Notes under the pieces: model-generated
What the model was told of the DNA's origin: nothing
Database searches by the model: none
The model's input: only the letters and a program-made list of their open reading frames with translations
Position numbers and translations under genes: made by a program
NCBI GenBank assembly: GCA_036444275.1
Contig: JAZGAD010000006.1
Span: 1 to 50,590, forward strand
Source of the DNA: Candidatus Hydrothermarchaeales archaeon
Lineage (GTDB): Archaea > Hydrothermarchaeota > Hydrothermarchaeia > Hydrothermarchaeales > JAZGAD01
Direction: 5' to 3'
Length of the DNA: 50,590 nucleotides
Shown here: positions 8,146 to 21,300 of the stretch, one piece after another
Layout: every line of letters starts with the position of its first letter
How positions within the stretch are numbered: position 1 is the stretch's first letter

Positions 8146-8352
8146 ATGAAGAACAATCTTAGGGTCCAACGTGCCATTATAGAAATGACCCAAGGAGAGT
8201 TAGCAAAGAAGGTAGGCGTGACCAGACAAACGATAAATGCTATAGAGAAAAGGAAATACAATCCGTCTTTGGATTTAGCCTTTAAGCTAGCGCGGCTCTT
8301 CGACATGAAGATCGATGAGCTTTTTTTCTACAGGGGTGATGAAAATGAATAA
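8146..8352 (+). CDS. XRE-family HTH transcriptional regulator
   Basis: MTQGELAKKVGVTRQTINAIE...YNPSLDLAFKLA..F...IDELF. Confidence 0.92.
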   Translation: MKNNLRVQRAIIEMTQGELAKKVGVTRQTINAIEKRKYNPSLDLAFKLARLFDMKIDELFFYRGDENE

Positions 8353-8731
8353 ACTCATGAAGATAAAGTTTGTTGTTTTTTCGGGGATACTCATCATAGC
8401 CGCGATTTCGTACATTTTCCATCTATTGCCTTACAAGGCGATATGGCTCTGGTTCCCAATCCTCGTCTTCGTGGATTACTGGATGGACTGGTATGCAAAG
8501 AGAAAAGGGATGATACTCTCAGATGAGATGACAAGGCTGACGACCGGAAAATCTGCATGGGCGACCTTTCAAGTGACAATTGCCCTTATCTTGCTCACAA
8601 TAGTCTACTATGATTCCAATAGGATGTATATAGACCCCCGCTTTATACTGGCGTACATCGCAGGATTCATGGGCATCATCTTCCTTATCGCCAATACGTA
8701 CTACAAATTCAAACAGGGTGCATGGGAGTAA
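8345..8731 (+). CDS. Four-TM membrane protein (DUF2178-like)
   Basis: Hydrophobic helices and DE(M)T..TGKSAWATF motif. ATG at 8345 follows GGGGTGA and overlaps the XRE gene end. Confidence 0.7.
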   Translation: MNKLMKIKFVVFSGILIIAAISYIFHLLPYKAIWLWFPILVFVDYWMDWYAKRKGMILSDEMTRLTTGKSAWATFQVTIALILLTIVYYDSNRMYIDPRFILAYIAGFMGIIFLIANTYYKFKQGAWE

Positions 8732-8859
8732 GGGAATGGCGGTACCCGATGGAGAAAATGTGGGATGACTTTCGAGAAATCAATTTCAAAAAACAGTGGT
8801 GATCCAGTCGAGTTGGAAAAACTATTTAGAGAATACAGAAAAATTTTTTAGTCGATCCT

Positions 8860-8886
8860 AGTAGATCACAATATAGAACCGATACC
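8860..8886 (+). repeat. Direct repeat copy 2 (27 bp)
   Basis: AGTAGATCACAATATAGAACCGATACC. Confidence 0.85.
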
Positions 8887-9170
8887 GCACCAGGAGGGGG
8901 GTTAGTAATTTTTTATCAGGTATATATTATGCATCGTGAACTACTGAGACCTAAGAAAGCTTTATATACATACTGGATTTAGTTATCCATCCATCATTTT
9001 ACAAGCCGGAAAAAAGTATAAGATTTGAGTATCTCGTTAGGCTTGTGAGTATGTATGGGCCATGATGTAGTATAGGCGTTGGCCCCGAAGTTGTATTATA
9101 CAGATGATGACGGGCTAAATTTCCATATCATGGCATAGTATGGAGACTCAAGCTGAGCTTGAGTCCGACG

Positions 9171-9207
9171 TAAACTCGACAGTGGTGACATCTAGCTACG
9201 ATGCGGT
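9171..9207 (+). other. 5' strand of 16S pre-rRNA processing stem (bulge-helix-bulge)
   Basis: TAAACTCGACAGT...CTAGCTACGATGC is complementary to GCATCGTAGCTAG...ACTGTCGAGTTTA at about 10716-10749. Confidence 0.85.
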
Positions 9208-9232
9208 AGCTATTTTATGTGTGTATATACCA

Positions 9233-10707
<1,475 letters not shown>

Positions 10708-10757
10708 GAGCAACGGCATCGTAGCTAGGCACTATAACTGTCGAGTTTAGTCTGCGT

Positions 10758-10830
10758 GGGCCCGTAGCTCAGTTGGAAGAGTGTCCGCTTTGCAGGCGGA
10801 ATGCCCCGGGTTCAAGTCCCGGCGGGTCCA
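10758..10830 (+). tRNA. tRNA-Ala (UGC) in the rRNA spacer
   Basis: GGGCCCG acceptor stem, TCCGC-TTTGCAG-GCGGA anticodon arm, GGTTCAAGTCC T-arm. CCA is not fully encoded. Confidence 0.96.
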
Positions 10831-10994
10831 CCTTTTGAGCGGACAAGAATATAGAAAGAACAAGAATAAGAAAGAAGAGGCAGCCCGTGAGATATTTTGC
10901 GGGTGAAGAGGCAGAGTTTGGCTTTATGCTAAAACTGTGATGCCCTGCATAGTTTGGTCGAGCGCATTCCGATTTAGTGCTCCAGTAAGATAAG

Positions 10995-14010
<3,016 letters not shown>

Positions 14011-14166
14011 TCCGAAAAAGCATTGGATCGGGCGTTGATCGACCAGGCTATGCAGGGCACATATATCTTCTATTAATTAAGCTGTTAGTTGGATATATCT
14101 TAAGTTGAGCCTAGAAAGAAATTTAGGGTTTTTGCGTGCCCATACATAGAAAATTTGCCTTGAGAT

Positions 14167-14421
14167 TCAGCTTGTTTTGTAAATGCTCTTTCTATGTCCA
14201 ACTTTCAAAACAAGTACTCTGAGGACTTTTTTTTGAATGTCGATGATTACCCTGTAATCTCCAACTCGCAGCCTGAAATAAGGGGAGCCGACAATTTTTT
14301 TGACATTCCTATGTGGATTTTCCTCCAGCAATGAAACTTTTCGAAATATTTGTTTCGACACCGAACGATCAAGCTTTTTCAACTCTTTAACAGCGGATTC
14401 TGACCAGATGATCTCATACAT
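14167..14421 (-). CDS. relE: RelE/ParE-family toxin
   Basis: YEIIWSESA.KELKKL...FRLRVGDYRVI...VLKVGHRKSIY. Confidence 0.9.
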   Translation of the reverse strand: MYEIIWSESAVKELKKLDRSVSKQIFRKVSLLEENPHRNVKKIVGSPYFRLRVGDYRVIIDIQKKVLRVLVLKVGHRKSIYKTS

Positions 14422-14639
14422 CAGAGCCCCATTTCTTTTCCAACTTCTTCGTGCGTCTTGTATTCGCCCCTTTCGATTTCAGCTACAGAGCGTTCGATTT
14501 CCTTCTTTGTCTCCTCATTCAATTCTTGTAAATCTTCAAGAATCCTTTCTATAACGTCGTTATAAGTCTCTCTCTCGAAAAGCTTTATCTTATCGAGGTG
14601 TTCCTTGATGCTTCTCGTGATTTGGATGGTCGTAGGCAT
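14421..14639 (-). CDS. Antitoxin with RHH-like N-terminus
   Basis: TTIQI....K..L...ETYNDVIERIL, acidic C-terminus with I.RGEY..HEEV..E.GL. One-base overlap with relE. Confidence 0.8.
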   Translation of the reverse strand: MPTTIQITRSIKEHLDKIKLFERETYNDVIERILEDLQELNEETKKEIERSVAEIERGEYKTHEEVGKEMGL

Positions 14640-14675
14640 GCATAATATATTCTTTAAGCATATATTTAAAGATTA

Positions 14676-14701
14676 CTATAGCATGTTATAGTATGCTATA
14701 G
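14676..14701. promoter_or_regulatory. Inverted repeat, likely toxin-antitoxin operator
   Basis: CTATAGCAT-N8-ATGCTATAG upstream of the antitoxin gene. Confidence 0.55.
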
Positions 14702-14722
14702 CTCATAGAGAGTTAAGCTTAT

Positions 14723-15814
14723 TCAAATCCAGTCTTTGCTATCGAGTTTCTGAGGTATGTAAACATCTGTCATGAATGTTATGCCGTGCCTGGCGAGGGC
14801 CTGGAGCTCTGCCTTTTCCTTGCGCTCGACCATGAGTTGCAACTCGGACCGCCATTTTCTATTGTTCTTTATCCAGGGGTATTCCAGCATGTTCTCTGCC
14901 TTCTTGATGTCCCAGTCAGTCATTTTAAGGCGTGCGGCCTTTGACACATCGAACTTGTCTAAATCGCTGGGTAGCAGGCCGAGGAGATGTGCCTTTGGCA
15001 CCGCGAGATAGGGGCTTTCAAAACTTAGTGAGATACTACCCCTCTTATAACTGGAGCATATCTGCATACCGTAGCTGTCGCTGTCGGTGAGGACGTATAC
15101 CGGAAGCTTCTCTTCCTTATGGAGCCTGCGGATGAGCCGTCTCGTAGCTATATCCGGTTGCCCCTTACCGGTGATAAGTAGGCAGTGGTTTCTCTTGTGA
15201 AAGTTCTCCTCAATGAGCCGAATTAAGGCAGCGTCCTTCTCCACCACAAGTATGTATTCAGCGCCGCAATCAATGATCTCCACCTCGTCTATAAAGGGAC
15301 TGATTGACCAGCCACCTCTCCCCAGAGAGTTGCAATTAAAGGTGTCATCTCCTTCCCGAAGGGTGAGGTCGCCTACGCATACCCCTTTGGCTGTTGCAAC
15401 TACCCTTATGCAGGGCCTGGTCACTCTCATGCTGACTGCTATATCCTCTATTATATTGTCGCTAGCATTCTGATCGCCGTTGAAGAGTTCTGGATCTTGA
15501 TAATAGACCTCCCTCTTGGTAAGATGCTTGTCCTTCTCGGCGACCTCCTTCAGGACGCTCATTACAAAGAGCATCTGGGTAAAGGAGGTAGTAGTACCTG
15601 TATTATGGAATGTGCGCTTTGACTTCTTGCTGCCCATGTATATGATGTCCTTCTTCTCATTGTAGACGAAATTCTTGGCACTTCTACTTGGCACGTCGAA
15701 GCCTGGATTTTTTTGCTCTTTGATATCTTCTAATATCTCTTCAGCATTCGATTCCAGCTCTTCAAGGAGCTCTCGAGCATTCATCTCCTCCTGTATTATC
15801 CTACGCTTGGGCAT
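14723..15814 (-). CDS. top6A: DNA topoisomerase VI subunit A
   Basis: TKREVYY (catalytic Tyr), VVEKDA, ITGKGQPD..TR, DSD.YG..I (TOPRIM), KAELQAL. Confidence 0.93.
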   Translation of the reverse strand: MPKRRIIQEEMNARELLEELESNAEEILEDIKEQKNPGFDVPSRSAKNFVYNEKKDIIYMGSKKSKRTFHNTGTTTSFTQMLFVMSVLKEVAEKDKHLTKREVYYQDPELFNGDQNASDNIIEDIAVSMRVTRPCIRVVATAKGVCVGDLTLREGDDTFNCNSLGRGGWSISPFIDEVEIIDCGAEYILVVEKDAALIRLIEENFHKRNHCLLITGKGQPDIATRRLIRRLHKEEKLPVYVLTDSDSYGMQICSSYKRGSISLSFESPYLAVPKAHLLGLLPSDLDKFDVSKAARLKMTDWDIKKAENMLEYPWIKNNRKWRSELQLMVERKEKAELQALARHGITFMTDVYIPQKLDSKDWI

Positions 15815-17714
15815 CTTCTTCCTTTCCTAGTCTTTGTTGCATCACCGGTCGCCTCCTCCGGATCTCCTGCACAAGTAGTGTGCTTATCTCCTGCTTCTTC
15901 ACTGGCAGCAACTTGGATAGGGATTCAGCTACAACCTCTGCATGCTTTTCTAAGAATTCCCTAGTTTTTCCTGCTCTCTTGTTCTTCTCTAACCTGTTCA
16001 CGTGCTGCTTCAGCCTCCTGCTTACAGCCTGCAGTGCTAGGCGGATCTCGCTGGCAATGACATCATCTGCCCCAATGGCCTGCTTTGCCACACCCAGATA
16101 TTTGAGCTGTGGCGATGTAACGTGGACCACGAAGATGACAGGTGCTAGAGGCAGATTTCCCTTTCTACCCAGCTTGTAAAGGGACCAGTCTACCTCCTTG
16201 GCTGTCTGAGTTATTATGTCGCTTCCAAACTCGTAGATTAGAGGCGTGCAGTTGGCTATCCGTATGAGCTTTTCCTGGTCCTTTAAATCAGCGGGCACCT
16301 TGCCTCCGTACATCGCGAGAACTTGAACTTGGACAGGTCTACCCTGCGTACTAGTGGGTTTTCTCTCCAGATAGGAGTATTTCTCTGGGTTATAGATGGA
16401 TGTAAAGCCCTCTATGAGGGTCTCTTTGGGAATTGGCATGAGCGAATCCATAGGCGGCGAGGGAAACGACATGCTCCTCAGCCCTTCTGCTAGGAGCCGC
16501 ACCTTGTTCTCGTCGCTGAGCATCATATTCACTGTAGTCTTTTGAGTGAACAACGGCTTTGGCAACTCTGAATTAGCGATGCCGTTTAATCCGAAGAAAC
16601 CTTTGAGTTCTTCATTGCTTAATGCGCGAATATTGCTGCCTGAATTTAGCTTTCTCTTTAGCACCAATTTCGTTGCATAGCTATAATCAATCTCAACATC
16701 TCGAACCAGGCTCTTGAGGTATACACAGATCTTGTCCTCATCGCCTTTCAGCTCTTTGAGCTTGTTGCTCTGTGCGACCCTCTTGACTATGTCGCCGGCA
16801 AAGAATCCCAGTTCATCGAAGTACTGAAGGAGGACAATCCTATCCAGTAGGTAGAAGATGCTTTTATCCCCTATTCTACAGAAATTCCGCTTCAGAAATC
16901 CGGCTAGACTTATACTCCTAATCCGGGATTGATAGCTCAATAGATCCTTAAGCTGGCCTATATCAACACTATTAGGATGTGGCGGCACAGGTTTTGGTAT
17001 GGGTATGCCGGTACTATTCCTTTTTAAATATTCCAATACATTGCCATTTTCCCGCAGGCTGAAAGTGATATAGGGGTGAATAGAAGCAATACGCTGTATG
17101 AACTCTAGTATAGTGCCTCTAGCCCGAGAGTAATTGCCAATTAATGTGATATTCATCTGTGTCCCGTGCTCTGGAAATTCTCCCGCGTATGACTCCTCTA
17201 GGATCTTCTTTACTGTTCCTTTTCCGTAGTCGTATACATGGCGGTGGGCCTGCTTTTCAGAGAAGGTCTTGCTTATTATTTCAGCAGGTTTTCCTGTGCT
17301 CTGATTAGCGTAGATGGCAGCTGCCTTCCATCCTATGCCTTGTTGTGATCTGCTTGCGCGATACTCTATGGTGCCAGTGCCACCTGCTCTGACTATGATC
17401 TTTACTTTTCCTCTAGGTATGCCTATACCGTTATCCTGGATGGAGAGTTCTAGTTCTCCACGGGATTTATCAACGACGTTTATCATAATACCGATTCTAG
17501 CATCATAGTCGTCTTCGTCCCTTGACTTGAGGAGAGCCTCCCTAGCTTTGTCGATGGCGTCTGCGGCATTCTGCACTCCTTCTGCTATAGCTTGGAAGGG
17601 TGCCCTTGACTTCTGCCCAAAGCCGGTATCGACACGTTTTAAGAGCTCTTCAGCGCTCTGGAGCCTGATGTGCTTGTGAATCTGTTCATCTGCCATCCTA
17701 CGGGATATGCTCAA
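15801..17714 (-). CDS. top6B: DNA topoisomerase VI subunit B, divergent, with insertion
   Basis: GHKL motifs EGVQNAADA, DNGIGIP, SRSQQGIG, HGT, plus PHP, RIANCTPL and AKQAI. TTG start follows GGAGG; alternative ATG at 17696. Confidence 0.85.
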   Translation of the reverse strand: MSISRRMADEQIHKHIRLQSAEELLKRVDTGFGQKSRAPFQAIAEGVQNAADAIDKAREALLKSRDEDDYDARIGIMINVVDKSRGELELSIQDNGIGIPRGKVKIIVRAGGTGTIEYRASRSQQGIGWKAAAIYANQSTGKPAEIISKTFSEKQAHRHVYDYGKGTVKKILEESYAGEFPEHGTQMNITLIGNYSRARGTILEFIQRIASIHPYITFSLRENGNVLEYLKRNSTGIPIPKPVPPHPNSVDIGQLKDLLSYQSRIRSISLAGFLKRNFCRIGDKSIFYLLDRIVLLQYFDELGFFAGDIVKRVAQSNKLKELKGDEDKICVYLKSLVRDVEIDYSYATKLVLKRKLNSGSNIRALSNEELKGFFGLNGIANSELPKPLFTQKTTVNMMLSDENKVRLLAEGLRSMSFPSPPMDSLMPIPKETLIEGFTSIYNPEKYSYLERKPTSTQGRPVQVQVLAMYGGKVPADLKDQEKLIRIANCTPLIYEFGSDIITQTAKEVDWSLYKLGRKGNLPLAPVIFVVHVTSPQLKYLGVAKQAIGADDVIASEIRLALQAVSRRLKQHVNRLEKNKRAGKTREFLEKHAEVVAESLSKLLPVKKQEISTLLVQEIRRRRPVMQQRLGKEEDAQA

Positions 17715-17854
17715 TGTTCTATGCCTCCCTTCATCTTTAGATAAAGGTTAATGAGGCGGTTGATGAGATCGTCATAGGTCTCCTTCTTCATCCCTACTTC
17801 CAACAGCCTATCCCTTGTAGATTTCTTAAGTTGTATAGTTGTTATATCTTGCAT
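17711..17854 (-). CDS. Small RHH-like DNA-binding protein (47 aa; not in the ORF track)
   Basis: Translates to MQDITTIQLKKSTRDRLLEVGMKKETYDDLINRLINLYLKMKGGIEH. Its stop overlaps the top6B TTG start, and it resembles the N-terminus of 14421-14639. Confidence 0.8.
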   Translation of the reverse strand: MQDITTIQLKKSTRDRLLEVGMKKETYDDLINRLINLYLKMKGGIEH

Positions 17855-18312
17855 ATAGACGACAATAGTAGTGTATAAGTATATATAGTTTTTGACTAAC
17901 TGCCATGTAGGTGGGGGCTGGTATATGTTGTGTCCTATGTATGTGAAAATTATTATAAATGGTAAATTATATATACTACAACTATATTACTTATTTTCTA
18001 ATTAGTCAGAGGAGGTAAGAGTGAAGGCGGGGGAATGGTTGGTTCCCCGTGGATAAGGAAGGACTTCAGTTAGCTTGGTGTAGTGCTGTTTCAATGACTT
18101 CTCTAGTGTCTCGGCTGTGATAGAAACTAAAGGTCCCTCCCCTCAAGTAAGAAGGTAGTGGAGGTAAGTGAGAATTGGAGAATTCGATAAGAAATAAGAA
18201 GGCTTTTTTTGGGACCAACTCTACCCTTCGAGATCTTCATGGGTTAGCGGCTAGGTTGATTTTCTGGCTGTCTTCCTTTCTTCAAATGTTGAAATTGAAG
18301 GAGGTAGAGCTA

Positions 18313-21300
18313 GTGAGGCGTGTAAAAACACCTCATCTTCATATTCTGCGTGACTCCGGCGTGGCAGCCATACTCACATTCGCTTTCATTTTTATATTGA
18401 TCACTTCCGATGTATTTGCAGTAGCCCCAGTGATTCTCTCTGTCGATGTAACACCCGACAGCGCCAATACAACTGATGTCTTAAGCTGTACAGTGCAAGC
18501 AACACACCCGCTAAATAGTACTTTTGTGATAAATATAACATGGTATAATGGAACAACACAGTTCACGGAAGCAGATTATAACAATGGCAGTTACGTAAAC
18601 GACTCAACCTGGACAGTTCCTGTTAGTGTTGGAGCTGGAAATACAAGTAAAGGTGAGATATGGAATTGCAGCGCTACATTTTGGGACGCAGATCAAGTTG
18701 ACTTGGTTAATGCGAATGGAACTGAAACAATTGCTAATGCTCCTCCGAATGTTACTTCTGTAGCTATCGCGCCTGATCCTGCGAATACCACTGATACTTT
18801 GACTGGCTCTGGTACGTATGCTGATGCTGATGGTGATAGTGAGAGTGGTAGTACGTATAAGTGGTATAGAAATGGCTCGGTGATGGCTGGTGAGACTGGT
18901 ACGAGTTTGGTTGCTGGCAAGTTTCTGAAGGACGATAATATCACGTTCGAGTATACACCCAATGATGGTGCTAGTGCTGGTGCTGCGGTGAATTCCAGTG
19001 TCTTGACGATTAGTAATGCTCCTCCGAATGTTACTTCTGTTTCAGCAAATGTCACTAATGCTAAAAATGGAGATTGGATTAGATTTACCTCAAGCGGAGC
19101 ATCAGATCCAGACAACGATAATTTAAGATTGGAATGTGGTTCTGCTTCTGGTTTGTCAGATTATGTTAATGGTTCTTACGGAGCACCAGAAAGAACCGCT
19201 GATTGGGCAAACACATGGACTGATAACGCTGTGCACACCATTTATTGCAGAGTAAATGATGGCTTTGTAACTTCATCGGATGTTAGTACTACAGTCATTG
19301 CAGATAAGACGGCACCAACCATCGATTTCACCTCCCCAACTCCACCAGACAATGCTAATCTCTCCGTAACCTCTGTGACGATCAACATCTCCCACGATGA
19401 AACCTATCCAGACACGTTGATCTTGAACTGGAACGGCAGCAATCAGACTCAAACCTATTCCGGGTTGTATACAAATATTTCCAAGTCTGTGTCGGATGGA
19501 GTATATACCTATTATGCTTGGGTGAACGATACAGCTGGAAATGCAAACCAAACACCCACAAGAACCTTAACTGTGGATAACTCGGCTCCTGCTGTTGGGC
19601 CGGTGATTTTGAATGCCACTATCGTGCAACCAGGTGTGCATGTCCTCATAAACGCGACAATAAATGATGGAACTGGCGTAGGCGTTAATAGTAGCACCGT
19701 CAGGATCCTGGTCAACGGTAGTGCCCAAACAGTTACCCCAAACCCACCGTATTATACGGCTGTGTACGTCAACGATACTGTAGGGGTATACTCGGTCAAC
19801 GTCACGGCTTACGACAACTTGAATAACTTCGCCTTTAATGATACGAGGAGTATAACCGTGAAAACCACAGCTCCAAGCGTGGTGATAGTTAGTCCTACGA
19901 ACACAACCACTAATGATAACACACCCCTCTTGAATGCGACCTTCGGGGAGCTGGTAGATACAGCTTGGATAAGTATAAATGGTGGTGCTGGTCAGAATTA
20001 TACGACTGGCGTGTCCAACCTCACGTTTGAACTCGGCCCGCTATCCGACGGACCTTACAATGTTAGGGTTTTCGCCAATGACAGCGCGGGCAACGTGAAC
20101 AGCTCCGAGAGTGTCTATTTCACTGTGGACACAGCTAAGCCCACCATCTTCTTGGCAGTGCCAGCTGATGGTCAGACCATATTCAACTCCAGCGTGGTGT
20201 TTAATTTCACCCCTGTGGACAACCTAGCAAGCATAGTAAACTTCAATCTGACTATTGATGGTTCTGTAAATACAAATGGGACTGCCCCAAGCGGTGGCTA
20301 TTGGACGGTGTTTACAGACAGTCATGCTGACGGTGTGCACTATTGGAATGTCACGGTCTGGGATGATGCTGGTAACACCAATGCAAGTGAGACGAGGAAC
20401 TTCACCGTCTTGACTCAGTGGCCTGTTCCACCTATTACTGTTCCATCTATCCCAAGCACTACAGTCAGCTCAGGCCTTATTGACCTCGCTTCCTTAGGGG
20501 TTCCGCAGGTGATGATTGAGGGAATGGGAGTTACGGGCTACGAGTACATTGTAACCACTAACGGTTCGACTCCGGTTGTCAACCTCACAGTAAATGTCTC
20601 CCTAGAGCCTCTTGGGGTGACTGATATCGGTAGTGAATCTGGTGCGATACCTGGCTTCTATTTCAAGATCAACGTGAACGACTCCTCGTGGTTCGATCAT
20701 GTGACGGTGATCCAGCTCAGGATATACTACAACATAACGAACATCGCCCTGCCCCATAACGTCCCCGAGAGCACTTTGAAGGCGATGAGATACACTAATG
20801 GCTCATGGGTGAGGCTTGACTGCAATGAGCTTGGCGGTTGCACGGTGGCGCTGGAAGATGGAACCAAGCTATATGCTGCTGGCATCGTAACTTCGTCGGT
20901 TAACGCTACGTATCCCTATGTTTGGGCCAATCTCTCGAATTTCAGCGTCTACGGCGTAGGCGGCACCGCTGGTGCTACGGACACCGATGGCGATGGAGTC
21001 ATAGACAGCGCGGATGTCTGCCCAGATACGGTAGGCACTGATGTGGATTCCTATGGCTGCCCTATAGGGCTTATACCCGATACCGCTAACATTAGTGGAA
21101 ATGTTACCCTATCTCCGGATGCGAATATATCAGGCTCTGTGACGATCGGGGGTTCTGCTAATATCTCTGGCTATGCTACTATTAGTGGAGGTGCGGTTGT
21201 TGATGGTAATGCGGGTGTCTTGGATTTCGCGATTATCACCGGGAATGCTAGCGTAGGTGGAAATGCGGTTGTTGAGGATTCCGCGATTGTTATGGGTTTC

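Noticed and set aside
18175-18312. Upstream TTG start for the large surface protein
   Set aside because: It would bury the signal peptide. The GTG at 18313 has its own SD and gives a normal signal sequence, though this is not certain.
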